Made by a program: the position numbers and the translations under genes. 64,000 nt of DNA. It comes from Basidiobolus meristosporus CBS 931.73. Its lineage: Eukaryota; Fungi; Basidiobolomycota. The stretch lies in assembly GCA_002104905.1 (NCBI GenBank), contig MCFE01000047.1:1-64000 (forward strand), given 5' to 3'. Shown piece after piece: positions 24,729 through 39,832 of the stretch. Positions within the stretch are counted from its first letter, which is position 1, and each line of letters opens with the position of its first letter. The notes under the pieces are model-generated. The model saw only the letters and a list, made by a program, of their open reading frames with translations. It was not told the origin of the DNA and ran no database searches.

Positions 24729-26433
24729 CTATTTACCAAAGCACTTCTTCAGCAAATGATAAGCCACATCACGGTGGTTCCAGTAGGAAAAATGAGCCCT
24801 TGAGCCAACCAAATATTCGTTGGCCACATAGTGGACAAAGCTCTCCTGTAGCGTAAAGTCTATGCGATGCGAGAGATCAGGGCACTGGTTGAATAGAACT
24901 GCTCGGTCTACAGACGAAGCCTCCGGCACTTCTTCATTAAATGCAACAGGCTCTGTGGGTGGACCGTCTATATCGGAGTAAAACTCCCCAAGGACCGTCT
25001 CAACAGTGTCTTCCAACTCGCTTAGCCCTTCACCCTCGCTGCTTTCCAGGGGTGTAGGAGAGATGATGCTGAATTTTTCCGCTAGATACATCACGGTACC
25101 CAAGAATCGGCGTGTGGTGGAGCTTTGCTCCTTGTCGTCCATCTCACTTGACTGCTTTTGCTCCGATTCACTCGACTCACCAGCTGGATTGGGGTCTTGT
25201 GTGAGATCGATGACCTCCATTTTTCTCCGCTTTGGTATGTCGCTATCTTCCTGCTCCAACAGGGAGCTGGAGGCTCTCTTTTCAATTTCAACCTGGGTGT
25301 ATCCAAACACTGTGGCCATCTGCCGGGAGAACACCTCCTTGGCTTGGTTGAGGGATGGTAAGCTCGGAATTATGGAGTTCATACTAATGGGAAACCGACT
25401 ATCGTAGAAATTTTCCAAAACCACAGGCGGAATGGTCTTGTATTCAGTATCTATTAAAGGCTCCAACCGATAGCCCTGTAGGATTGTGTTAGATGAGTCT
25501 ATGTATCGAGAGGATCGTAAAATGAGACATTACTATCGGGTCATATTGGTGGAAGATATTGTACAGTTCGCAATAATCCGGCAGGCGATAGGTGTCGAAG
25601 GTTTGATCTCTCATGACCATGACGGCGCCGAGAGGACTTCCGAATGTAAAGAGGTTGCGTGGCTTAAATAGAAGCTTTGTCACCTCAAATCTCAAACAGT
25701 CACGGCCATCGGCATTGACCCCTTCTTCTTGATGTGATAGAATATCATACACACATACCCCTCCCAGGCTATACCCGATGACCGAAAACTCTCCGGTATA
25801 ATACGGATGCTTTTCCATAAATGCTTCGTACTCTGCGTTCAATGCCTTGGCGACGATATCGATGATCTTCTGACCGTGGCGGTTGGTGAAGTAGTACAAT
25901 ACATCGGCTATAATATCGTTGTTGACACGTCTTACTGCAGGGCAGGTTGGAAGTGTGATGGAATTCATCCGCCTGGATACAACGTTTAGTTTGTTTCTGA
26001 ATGTGTGGCAAGCATACACTTACATGTCGACAATATCGTGAAGCACATTGTGCCATTCTAGAGGTCAAATTATAAGTAAGCCATGGCCTGGTGTACTACA
26101 ACCAGAGGAATTCCTACCTAGAGGGATAACTTCGACAGAACCTTGGACTTCGGGGAATTTAGCTGCCACCACTTCTTTGATGTTCTCACGAAACTGCTCC
26201 ACTATCATTCAGCGCTGTTGGTTAAGATTTCCGGTTGAGAACGTTTCATCTGCGCATTACCTCTCATTATGTACTTTCCTCGATTTCCGATAGTGGGGCC
26301 CATCCCGTGGACCATGAAGAAAACATGCTCAACTGTAGTAGGATGAATGAATTATAGAACTGTGCATATAACCGACTCCTATCTGTTGGAGATAAACTTC
26401 TCACGTACCTTTGTTCTCTGGTGGAGTTTCCAT
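24729..26433 (-). CDS. DDHD-domain phospholipase (PA-PLA1 family), multi-exon
   Basis: HVFFMVHGMG, IGYSLGG (GxSxG), FTFGSPLG, YNIFHQYDP and AHFSYWNHRDV. Confidence 0.9.
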
Positions 26434-26622
26434 ATTGTCGGAACAGAGGAAGGCTGTGAGCCAAATGTTACCATCATGCGATATTCATGTTAATCCCGAT
26501 TTAATTAATATTTAAACAGTAAAATGGCTAGATTAAATATCCAATTCATACATGTGAAATACGTGTCTGCCCGCTATCACTTTGCATATCCTGCCTCTTC
26601 ACCTTGCCACGTCTTCCATGTC

Positions 26623-29600
26623 ATGAAAACAGACACTTTTGGAATAGGTAGTTTGACTGACATAGAGTCACGTTTTAATGGTGTCCGTATACCCGAAGTG
26701 GAGCTTCCCGATTCTTCTTCCAAAACGATCGGCAATGCCGTGACTGAACTTTACAAGTTACAAGAAGACCTTCAAATATATCTTCAAGGAGGCCCAATTT
26801 TCGTAGCCAACTTGGAGGCAACCCAAAAAAGCAAGGCCCAGTCGTTACTAGAACAGGTACTGGAGGAAACTGCCCTTTACGAGGAGTTTTTGAGAAATTG
26901 TAAGCGGCAAGGAGGCGTGACACACTCTTGTGTTGGTGGTACTAATGTGTGTTTCTTTTGTAGCGGAGGACCTTCATTTGGACAAGATATTGAACGAATC
27001 CGATAGTGAAGAATTCCTAGGCACCGAAGCACTCGATTCGATATCTGTGGATTCCCCTCTTGATGTACATACACTTTACAACTTCAAAATAGTTGTGGGA
27101 ACTTTCTGTAACCGGAATCCTTTTTGTAGGATACTCAATCCAACGGCTCGCGGCCGAGCTTGCTACGTTCAGGTAGCTCAAAAGTATCTGATGTAAATCT
27201 TTACTCCACCATGGCCCACTCTCCCTCGTCTTTTGAGACCTCCTCTATCTCCTCGCGAAACAACTTCTCTCCAAGCTCTCAAAATACGTTTTCCCCCCGG
27301 ACATTCACTCCAACCCTATCACAAACCGAATACGACGACTTCATATTGGGCGTAGATACTTTGCAAGAGGCAGTCACCACAAGTGCGTTTAGATGGACCC
27401 CCCTCATGAAGATATCGAGTCACTTGTATTCAGACAGCATCAAGCATGAAATTGGCTTGCCATCTGTCTTGGCGGTAGCATTTTTCATTAGTAGTCATCG
27501 TGGTCGAATCTTCAGAAGAAACTGATGTTTTGATTGTCATTCTAGGCAAGTGGGTATATCGCTGTAGGCACCTCACGTGGATTTATTTTGCTGTATGACT
27601 TCTACCAAAATTTCGTTAGAACCCTAGACCCCAACTCCCTAGGTATCGCAGACATGTATGATTGCAACCGAGCATGATCTTGCTAACCCTCGACTCTAGA
27701 TTGCGGAGGAGTTTCGTCCTTGGCCATATCCTCGGATCATTCGGCTGTTGTTTGCGGATACGAGAGAGGCCACATCGCCATGTGGGATATCCAGAATGGC
27801 TCGCTGATCAGATCCATAACACCAATGAAACGAGGCCCTTCCCTCATCCGGAAAAATGGCCATCGATATGGGGCAAGCATCGTTCACGTCTCTTTCGTTG
27901 GAGCCGGAAAGAACAAGGTTGTCTCTGGTGACGATCAGGTACCCTAAAGGTCGAGATCAACCTGTGCATTGCCAAGTTCGCTAAATGAATTTTCAAAGGG
28001 AATGGTGTTCATTCACTTGATTTCCAAAGTCATGCTGGTCAAAAATGTAGAGACCACTCGGCTTTTGGGAAAACCACAAGAAGCAGTCGAGAAAGCTTCT
28101 CCACAAACGACTATTTTGGGTCTATCGGTACTCCCGTATGGTGAAGTGCAGCACGTGACTGACTCGCATGGGTTGATGGCCATCATCACCCCCCACAAAG
28201 TAACGTCATAACAACATGGTTGCTCGTAGGTAAAAGTGCTGACAGCCCGTACTCTAGTTACTTATTATACAGACCAAGCCCAGCCCCGAGATTGTACTCA
28301 AAGTGAAAAGGGAAATGCTTGATGCGGAGACGATAGCCAAAAATGACGAACATTTATCTGGCTGTATTGCTTGGTACCCTTCCGTCAAGAGAAGAGTTGG
28401 TAATGTCCCCTCGTTGAGTTTATCTGGAAATTCCGCTAACAATGATTGGCTTACAGTGCAAGAGCAAACAACCGATCCCCTACTAGCATTTTCATGGAAC
28501 GGCTACTTGTGTATTATCAATGTCAAGAATACTAACAGCCCACCCGCAGCTTCGCGTAAAAGAGGCCCAAACATGCAGTTTGTAAAACTTGGCGAGTGGA
28601 ACAACGACGCCTCGATTGTGGGCTTACAGTGGTTGAGTTACCAGGTATTCCCTTGCTAAGCACTCTTTGCGGCAAACCCATTGATCTCATGACCATCACT
28701 ATATAGATTTTGATTGTGATAACCAACGATGAGCAAGTGATCGCCTTCGATCCTAGAAAGATGCAAGAGTTGGAGCGGTGCAGCATCAGCACCTACAAAC
28801 TAATCTATCGAGACTTGTTTAATGCCCCTATGAAGGAATGGTTGAGCCAACAATCTGCTACTGCTCACATGGAGATGGCTTACTATCATAGTGTTCGCTC
28901 GCATCGAGGCAAGCTTTTCGCATTGGTAATTTGGGAATTTAGAGTTTGTCCCTTGTACTTCCATCTAACCATGTTGTGAATAGGGGGTGGACCAACTTTA
29001 TTTTGGCGTCATTTTATCATGGTCAGATCGAATTGTGTCTCTGATGGACGAGGGCGACTATATTAGAGCCATTCGTTTGGTTACCTCTTTCCTCTCGGGA
29101 GATTTCAATCTAGCTGTTACTGGGCTTCCTGATGATGAGGAAAGCCGCATCGTGCTGATAGGTGAGAAGCTTTTGGAGCTTATATCGGCGTCGTTGAACT
29201 ATGCCTTTTCCACAGAAAGATCCCTGGAGATTGCCGATGATAGTGAGCTATCGACGTTGGAGCCACACTACGCCATCCTTTGCCAATCTTGTTTTGACGC
29301 GTGCCTGAGCATGGATGCGGCGGACTTTTTGTTCAACACTGTTTATGAAAAGTACATTGATTTCGGATATCAAGCAGTATTCATCTCAACGCTCGAACCC
29401 TATATCCTCGAAGATAAGATCAAGGATCTTCCACCCTCGGTGATGCTTGATTTTGTTAAACACTACTCCAGTCAACCAGCCACTCTTCCTCAATTAGAGC
29501 AGTGTATCTTGCACATGAACCCATACGGCATTGACATTGACCGAGTCCTCTCTGTAAGCCGGACTGAAGGATTGTATGACGCATTGATTTATGTCTGGAA

Positions 29601-32073
29601 TCGAGGAGTCAAGGACTACACCAGCCCGATCGTGGAGTTGATCAGCGCAGCCTTGTGGCCACAGATGGATAATATATTTAGAGAGACGCTGTTGAACAGA
29701 AACAGCATCCCATCTCCCGAATCGCAGGATACAGAAATAGAAAAAGCGATTGTCTCGAAACTATTTGCCTACATTGAACACATTCTGACCGGAAGATGGT
29801 ATCCTGATGGGTCAAGCATTCCGCCCGAGGACTCGGTTGAAGCTCGTCTATCGGTGTACCAATTCCTGTTCTCTCCCGGAGTGGCCGAGTGGGTCGAAAA
29901 GGCGGGACAGATTGCGAAGATTGCCCAGCAGACTCAGGGTAATCAGTCAAAGTACCCTTATTTAAGTTTGTTGCTATCGTTTGATGTAAGCCAGCTGTTG
30001 CTGGTCCTGGAAAATGGTTTGGATGACGGCTTTTTTGACAACACGCCAACCGAGGAGGAGGATTTCCAGCATGTCAATCATTTGATCAACAGGCAGCAAA
30101 TAGTGGATGCCTTGCTCGTTATTGCTGCGCCTGACTCTACACCCTACACAAACCATATCTACTGCTTTGTCGCCCAGAGCATATTCAGATACAAGGACTC
30201 TGTTAAGTTATCTGACGAATGCCTGCACAATATCCTGGTTCATCTCACCACCAATAAACCGGCGAATACACGGCTGGAACGTCAAAAAGCTGCCCAATGC
30301 CTGCTGAAGGTCTACACGCCCCACGACGAGGGAAGTCTCACGCGGCTATACGAAGATGCCGGATTCTACCGGATTCTCGAAAACATCTACAAGAAGGGAA
30401 GGAAGTACGGACTGGTCATCACCACCTACCTCAAAGATGAGGAGCGAAAACAGGCGGTGTTTGGTTGCGTTCGAGCCTTTTTGGCCAACAGAGGAAGCAG
30501 ATTAAATGAGGATGAGCAGAACGAGGTCAGAAAGGCGTTGCTAGAGAACATCGAGCAGCTTGTTGCCATCAGTCCCCAGGAAACCGCTGGAATGATGCGG
30601 CTATATTTTAGAAGCGCCCATCATTTAGTCATTCGCCAACTAGAGTCCAAACCACAGACATTGCTGATCTATCTAAGGGCGGTTCTTGATCCGAAACCCG
30701 AGAATGAAACGTTCGCCGATGCGCCGGAACGAATTCCCTCTGAGATACACGAGCTATATATCTCCATGCTATGTACACGTGACCCCGGCTCCGTTCTCCC
30801 ATATCTACAACGTCGCCAAGGGAATGAGTATCGGATGGAGAAGGTTCTGCAGCTGTGTCAGCAGCATTCGGTGTTAGATGCAGTTATATGGATTCAAGAG
30901 ATCACCGGGAACGTCGTGGGAGCACTGAAGATGGTGATAGGCATTATCAACGAGCGCGTAAAGATCCTTATTGATATGATTGAGGCCAAGGAGATCGATA
31001 AGTGGAGCACGGACGAACAGCAAGTGGTCAGAAACGCCACCATCAAGATCATGGGCGCATTTAAGGTTGCAATCCAGCTGTGTGAACGGGCTAGTCAAAA
31101 GGCGAATCTTAGGGCAGCAAATGCCAAACTTCAAAACCCACCAAAATCCGACTACTTTCAAGAAGCAGATGAGGTCGAGACCCTGTGGTTTTTGTTGCTG
31201 AGTACCTGTGTAGATGCGTCTAAAAATATCACCAAGGTTACATCTCCGCTGGTGGGGGAAGACCCCACTCGGGAAACACCAGTAGCTGCCAAGACCATTG
31301 GGTTGTCCCTTGACCCTAGCTCGCTATCGTCGTCAACATCACCAAGCCAGTTGATTGGGCATATTGTCAGTTCCTTCAAGATTTATTTACAAACCATCCT
31401 GAACACGCTGCTCTATACCACTTCACCAGCCTCGACATTGTCCCTCCCCCGCCTTCTTCTTCGACTCATACAGTCCGACTCAATTGGAGAAGACCAGGAC
31501 TCCGGCATACAGACCGTAGCGGAATTCCGGGACGTTTTCTATGGGATCCTGGATACTTACAAATATGAGGGACAGCTCCTAGAGATGACCAACAAATTGG
31601 TTGATCGGGATCTTTTCAGCGGGGTGGAACTAGCCACTAAATACCGGTTCCGTGGGTGGAGACTCTCCCGAGGCAGATGTGAGCTATGTAGCAATGCTCT
31701 TTGGAGCATAGGTTTACAAAAAAGATCCCCGAAACTAGCGGAGCAGCTTGATATGGAATCGGAGGATAGTGCCTCCGTTAGTGCAACTCCATCCAGCCCA
31801 ACGAGTAAATCCCTTGCATCACCCAATGGAAAGGCTCCATCTACGACTGCCTCCTCCCATTCACCAATACCCCTCACACCTACCACCTCCGAGCAACCAA
31901 TCCCCAGTAACCCCGGTTCCACCGAAATCATTCTGTTTAGATGTGGCCACGGTTACCATCGGCATTGCGCAGAGTCCCTCAGCAGAATCGATGGCGGTTC
32001 CGATTGCAGGCTCTGTGCAGAGCGGAAACATCACAACTCTTCCCGAAGTCTTGGGAGCCGGTTGGGCTGGTGA
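26623..32073 (+). CDS. VPS8: CORVET subunit Vps8 (WD40 propeller, clathrin-like repeats, C-terminal RING)
   Basis: FRWTPLMKIS..GLPSVLAV, VCGYERGHIAMWD, LSWSDRI..GDYIRAI, LYDALIYVWN, YKYEGQLL..LVDRDLF and CELC..FRCGHGYHRHC..CRLC. The start codon is approximate. Confidence 0.92.
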
Positions 32074-32722
32074 ATGGAGTGCGTCGACATGAGCAAATTA
32101 ATTAAATAAATTCCACTCGATTGTACTATCAGGGACGGTTCTTGGCGAATGCCTATTTTGGTATGGGGTAATGTGCATATACGCTATACAGATCGAACTA
32201 GCCTTGAGGAAACGCGGCAAGCAAGACAGACATCTCCGTTTACACTTCAACACGCCAAGAACAATGTGTGTTCCTTCAACAACGGCCATGCATCTCTCGT
32301 GATAGGGTGGACGGAATCAAGCGAATATGGAATCATCAGATACTTCCACTTGGCGCCAATGCTGCCCTTAAAATAAGGGATCCATTACAATTGCTGATAC
32401 TACGTGTATTGGATTGAGCAAATTCCTCCTATTTCTACCAATCACATCTTGAGTTACCCGAAAGACCAGTCTATTACGACCACTGAATACATTCCAATTA
32501 CATAAGAGTATCATTTTGGTGGATGTTGATTTGTACAGCTAGAAAGCAGTGCCTTGATAATCGAATAGCAGAGAATGAAACATATACGTAAACCACCTGA
32601 GCCCTGGCTTAATTTTTGGTCTCACTAGATTTGCCAGGGCTTCGAACAATCACTCTATAAGACCCACCTGATGTTTTCGGTGGGAGCCTCGTTTTGTATC
32701 CTTTTCATTTTCTCTAATCAAC

Positions 32723-34031
<1,309 letters not shown>

Positions 34032-34689
34032 GCACTTCCCAACCAGCTTCAACCCCATCCTCGTTACTTCAATAAATAAAATTGCACATATCTTTAATCC
34101 AATGAATGTGGCCCCCCCCCTCGGTCGCTTGCGTCATGATTGGTCTGGTCGATCCGGGTAGACGGGTTCGTCTGTGACGTCGGATCAAGTTGGCCAGTGT
34201 TGAGGCGAAGTTCGGCTTTTCTTGAGGTCACCTGGATCTGTGATTACTCTCCCTCTCAAGGGCTACCTTTCACGGCAACGAGGGTATGATGCTGGGAAGA
34301 TTGATGGAATAGTGTGGTATCCGTACTTGCGAGCGTCTAGACAGAAGATTTGACTGCGCTAAGAATCCGGTCATTCCATGCACAACAAACTGACCGCATG
34401 CGGTCGCCTACGCTACTGGTTAATACCAAGCCAACCTCGACAGGATTTATGCTTATCAACCGTATCTTGGATTATCAGCCAAACTGGTCGAATCTAATCA
34501 GGGGTAATATATTGCCTGTAAATCGAGTGGTCGCCAAGGGGAATTCCAGTATCATGCTCGTTTTCCAACAGTAGAAATGCCAAAATAGATTCACATGGTG
34601 GTAACGCATTCGTTGCTTTTCATATGTCTGAGGGTAAATCGCTCAGACGGGCTTATTGGATTTGCTGATGGTATTGATTGTTGTAAATT

Positions 34690-35950
34690 TGTACTTGCAC
34701 CTAAATACTTACATTAACTTGGTCATCTAAAACTTAGTTTATCAACATTTCTTGCCAAATTTTCTGTTGGGATTCACTTTGTTTATTTTCATCGAAATTT
34801 CTGGCACCCAGAACATCAAGATCCTTATCCAAAGCCCCCAAACGTTGCACACATGTTTTTGGAACCTTCTTGATACTAAGCTACACGCCTTTTTTCCAAA
34901 ACCTTGGAGAAGTATAAATGCCACTTTTACACTCACTACATCATCAAGTGAAGACCACAAAGTCCACCAGTTCTCCCAATTGCACCCAATATCTCCAGAA
35001 CTTTCACAACATTGATACCTTATCAAAGCAATCTTGTGATGGAATTCCACTCTAAATATAATCATCCATTCTGTATTGCTCAAAACTTTACCAAGTACTA
35101 ATAGCTAGGCATATATGCAAGTGTCAATATTGCCGTTCACCTCAATACTTACATCAACTTGATCTGAGCTTTGCTTTTCCTGATCAAGTTCTCTGTCACA
35201 ATATACTTTATTTGGCTTTCACCAAAATGCCAGATACCTAGAATGTGCTATTTCTTGTTATCCAAAGGATCACAAGCTTTGTACAAAGTTTTTCATGCTA
35301 TTTATGTTGTAAAAATTCGCAATTACACCAAAATACTCACCTAACTTAGTGACTTGGATCATTACATGCAAATCTTAGAGAATTCTGAGCAAATTCCTTG
35401 TCGGGATTTACTTGGAATATTTTCAGCAAAACATCAGGTACCCAGAACATGAAATTTTGTTAAGTTATCCAAACAGCCCCAAACTTTGCACACATGCTCT
35501 TTGGACCTTCCTAAACATATTCTACGTATTTTTTCTGCTAAGAACATGTAGCAGCATAAATACTACTTCGACATTCAATAAATCATTAAGTGAAAACCAC
35601 ATAATCCTAGCTTGTTCTCCCAATCAATTCCAATATCTCCAAAACTCTTACAGCATTTTGCATAGCTTTAGAAAGCCTTTCTAGATATATACTTGTCTGC
35701 ACCAATTCCATGAATCATATTGCTCCTTTAACCAAGCTCAAAAACCAACTGGTGAATGCTACCCAAGCCCTCTGGCTTTTCAAATATCTTTTGAGTTTCT
35801 AACTCACCTTGTCACAGGTGATAAGCCCTAAGCTAGCAAGTTTGTCCCAAAATTCTGCAACAGCTTCTGTTACCTTCAGGCATATTAACATTCAAAAATG
35901 AACAAAATTGGCATACCGAAGTAGCTCTATATTTGTGTGAAATGAGCAAA
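34690..35950 (-). pseudogene. AT-rich decayed coding-like region with an internal duplication of about 635-bp period
   Basis: 34765-35000 aligns with 35400-35640 (cccagaacat, ttgcacacatg, ccaatatctcca). Minus-strand fragments NVVKVLEILGAIGRTG / NAVRVLEILELIGRTS and MCATFGALD / MCAKFGA are interrupted by stops. Confidence 0.4.
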
Positions 35951-36899
35951 GTTTTGAAACTGAGATGGCAATGTTATAATGCTTTTTGCCATTAAGTCAA
36001 TGTGGCATATTCAGGAGTGTGGTTCTGATTTACAGATCCAGTGATTTGAAATGATGAGTGAACTTCGAAAACATTACGCGATTAACTGATTCCAATAAAT
36101 ATCGGTTTTGCTTAGATGAAAGTAATATACGTCCAAGTATATGGATAATTAGGCACCGGGCTATCCATTTGAGTATATTAGGTAAAAACCAGATATTATG
36201 AAGATTTGTGTTGACTAAGATGATGTCAAGGAGTGTCCCGAAGCTGAGGGAGGGCCTTTGAAGGCATTCTCACCATTTTCGTATTTCCACAATCCAGAAC
36301 TTGGAAGAATTGGCAAGCCGAAGTTCAGATGATTTCTAACAAATTGACCAAATATATAGTCATGAAACAGGAATGATCAGGGGCAACACAAATTGTTTAC
36401 TGGGAAGTACTAGACCCGCCTGCCCAATTATTTATATGTACATTCGAAAGTTCACATTTCAAGAAAACCGGAAATATTGGACGTGAGTGCTTAGAAATAT
36501 CGATTATAACTGTCTCTTAAAGTATCTATGCTACACTACATCCAAGCACCAATGCTTCACAAATGCCCTCAATGGACAGCCCGACCATTGCATAAGCAAA
36601 AAGAGAATAGAAAGTCCCAAAATCAAGACTATTTGTAAATGTAGATGCTTCTATTTTGGATATTCCAATGGCTACGCTTGGATTACTGGTTGTAACTAGT
36701 ATGCACGCTCCAATTCCTATTTGCCCCTCGAATCGAGAATTTCTAAAACACAAACAACGGAATTTGGCATCGGAAAGCTCAGTAAAAGCAACTACCACTG
36801 TTACTTACAAAGTCAGAATTTCCGCAATGCTTCTAAATCTCTATTATCGAAGCAACTCCTGGTTTTTTCCAAGGTCAATAGGTTAATACTGCGACGCCG

Positions 36900-38900
36900 A
36901 TGGTGATCTTCTTCGTCCAGCATTGGTGACTATGTCATAAGACATTGTAACCAGCGGAGGGGATAAAAGAGGTTTAATGTTACGCATTCCATGTAAGCAG
37001 ATGATCGTCCTTTCCAGCACTGTGGATCATTGGAATATGGCGTTTTGTGATCACTGGGCGTGGACTTTGACCAAGAACGATGCCTTGTGAAGTGTGGTTT
37101 GTGTGTAAAAAATGGGGAATTTCATCATCAAGAAATGGAAGAATTCGCTTCGATACAAGGCTTTGAAGGATAATGAGCTGCATATCGATACGTAACACAT
37201 CCATACGTGAGAAACGCCAGCTCTACACGGTGTAACTACTATATCCCCAAACTATTGCTGAAAGGATGAAGAAAGGTCACCAGAAACCAGCTACTTCACA
37301 TCTGGTGAGCTTCCAAGTCGTTGATTATCCATCACTCGTTATGGCCGAGACAATATGGGGAATATTCTCTAGTATATATGTATGGGGTATGCTCTCTGGT
37401 ATATCACGTTACATTGGGTAATGATCGTGATAGCACAGGCAGGGGCATAGATTTGAATCTATGGTAACAAAGTGAATGTTTGGATAATGTCAATCCAGGT
37501 TACGCTATGTTTGCTGATCACTCCTTGGTGATTTCTCGGTATGTAAATACCTATGCCTTGTCCAAAACAGCGCATGTTACACTTTGAATGGGATTATGCA
37601 AAGTGTCTTTCTATTACATAATCCATATGAGAGCGCAGTTGTTGTTGGTATTTGCTCGCATCGAATGTTGGCAAGTCTCCAAGGAGTTTGGTGGGGGATA
37701 GAAGAAGCATCTTAGGATTAGGTTGAATACGATATCATCCCCAGCAGAGACCAATTGTGGGGAGGATAACCCGATATATTCCAGAATACCTCAACGTTCC
37801 AATGTAACCAAGCTGACCACTCTAAGCCTCTCGTCGTACCATTGGCCTTGTACTCGATTCTGATGGTGATGCTATCAAAGTTATTGGCTGATGCCAAGCT
37901 TTTGGCCTCGAGCAAAACCTTTCCATTCACTCGACAACTCATCAGAAGGGGCATATGCTTTTCCTTTGGCCAGAGCGCTACTTCAACTGAGTCATCTATC
38001 TCGCTATCTTATCTACGATGATCAAGTGCCTTAATCTGAATAAATGAAATACAGTTCTCCTTCAGTAATACTGATCACTATATGGCCTCAAATGGCATAA
38101 AGGTGAGGTTTGTTGGCAGTAACAGGCAGGCCATCATCGCCTATATTTATGTAGATGTAAACTATCTCAATTGGTGACGTGGGTTGGCCTCCAATTCTGT
38201 AGCATCCTCCTGCCCAGGCACCCAAGGCCCAACGCAAGTATATTGGAATGGCTATCAATCACCCGATCCCAGCAATCGTTATGTGATGTGTGTGATTACT
38301 CACCTCTGCATGCTGTTCTTCAGCTATGACACTGAATCATCACCCATATGTATCTGGGAATGCTACCTACATCGATTTTTTCATTCACAAGAACTGAGGC
38401 TGTGGCACCTTTGTATTGTCTGTTTGTACCGAACAATCCAACACCGGTGCGTATATTATTAAGCGAGATTGTCACAAATCTAGACCTTCACCCGTTAATC
38501 ATCAATCCAACCGCTTGCTACCGTAAATCCAGGTAGATGGATGAGGTGAACCTAAATATCCCATCCAGTCAGGTTACCTCAGCTACCTTGGTGCTACGAG
38601 GTATGAGGATTGGAGATACACACTCAAACCCTACTAGTGCCGGGTTGCAGAGATACCGTACTACTAGGCGGCTTTTTGGAAAAATATTTCCAATCATTAG
38701 GAATCGGGGCATCATCTCTTCGATGATCAGCTACAAACCAGTCACACCCATACATTCACGTCCAGTAATCTATACTATTGCGCTGTTGGTGTACGTGAAT
38801 TACTGGTGTCTCGCGTACTATTGCACTTCCAAAGAGTGTTCTTGTTTCAATATCCTGGAGGTACCAAACCGCTATCGTGAAACTATTTAATTATTGAAGA
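36900..38900 (-). mobile_element. possible decayed LTR-retrotransposon gag-pol remnant
   Basis: Minus-strand fragments CRVNGKVLLEAKSLASANNFD (aspartic-protease-like position and pattern), ..WSAWLHWNVEVFW and RILPFLDDEI (RT YxDD-like) occur in gag-pol order amid many stops. The similarity is weak. Confidence 0.25.
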
Positions 38901-39223
38901 ATCGAGCTATCGTGAAACTTCAATTAGTGAAGCAAGAATCAAGATGGCCAATGGAGGGCAGCACTTAATTAGCTCGATATGGTCACACAATTAGCTGATC
39001 GCAAATGGCGGCATCAGTGGAGATCGTCAATTAAGTGATATTTCTGTATTATCAATATGGTCAGGTGGAGGCCTATTTAATAACATTCGTAATATGCTAT
39101 TTCAGTGATGAGAAACCAGGAATCCATCAACGACGCAGCCACGACTACCAGTGCTCTGGATTCCTGCATCGCTCATCACATGCTTGCCGACAGTGTGTAA
39201 CTCCGCACTCCCAATTGGCATAG

Positions 39224-39256
39224 GTGAATGTTCCGTGAGTGTTCCGTGAATGTTCC
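39224..39256 (+). repeat. 3 x 11-bp tandem repeat (gtga(a/g)tgttcc)
   Basis: gtgaatgttcc gtgagtgttcc gtgaatgttcc. Confidence 0.9.
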
Positions 39257-39832
39257 AACATACTATGGTCAGGGTTCAGCACAGTCCAGTTGGCATCGTC
39301 AATACGGATCCTACCCCAGAGGTTTCAGGCTCCGCTCTGGCTGGTGGAGAAAACACTCTCGAGGCCGATGGATTTCTCGTTGGGGTTGCGTTTGACATGG
39401 TTGCACAGGTCATTTTTGGTAAACGAATGCGATGCTTCCGTAATCTTGGTATCTTTAACCATCCTGCGCTTAATTGCTTCTCTCTTTGTCTTTGGATAAG
39501 CACTAGGTTTGATCAACCTCAATCACCATTCTTCTGGGATGCCGGACCCAAACCGCTATTATTTATACTAAAGTGACGCTTCCTCTCAGGTTTCTACCAT
39601 TGGTTACTCCGGTTTCTCACTTTCATTTTCCCAAACATCTTTTGGGGCGAAATTCTTCCCTCTTATGGCAGCAGGCATGATGCTGAGCAAGGCTTCTCGA
39701 TCGATAGTCCATGACAACTTTGAGTGAGCGGCTTGCTTTCGTGCGCTCTACCAACACTGGTAAGATCAACCTTGAAGGGTAGGTACGTTCCATATATGGC
39801 GATTATTCACTAATGCCTCATGATCGCTTCTA

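Noticed and set aside
34392-34405. Perfect 14-bp palindrome gaccgcatgcggtc
   Set aside because: A few are expected by chance in 64 kb (4^-7 per position); no supporting context.
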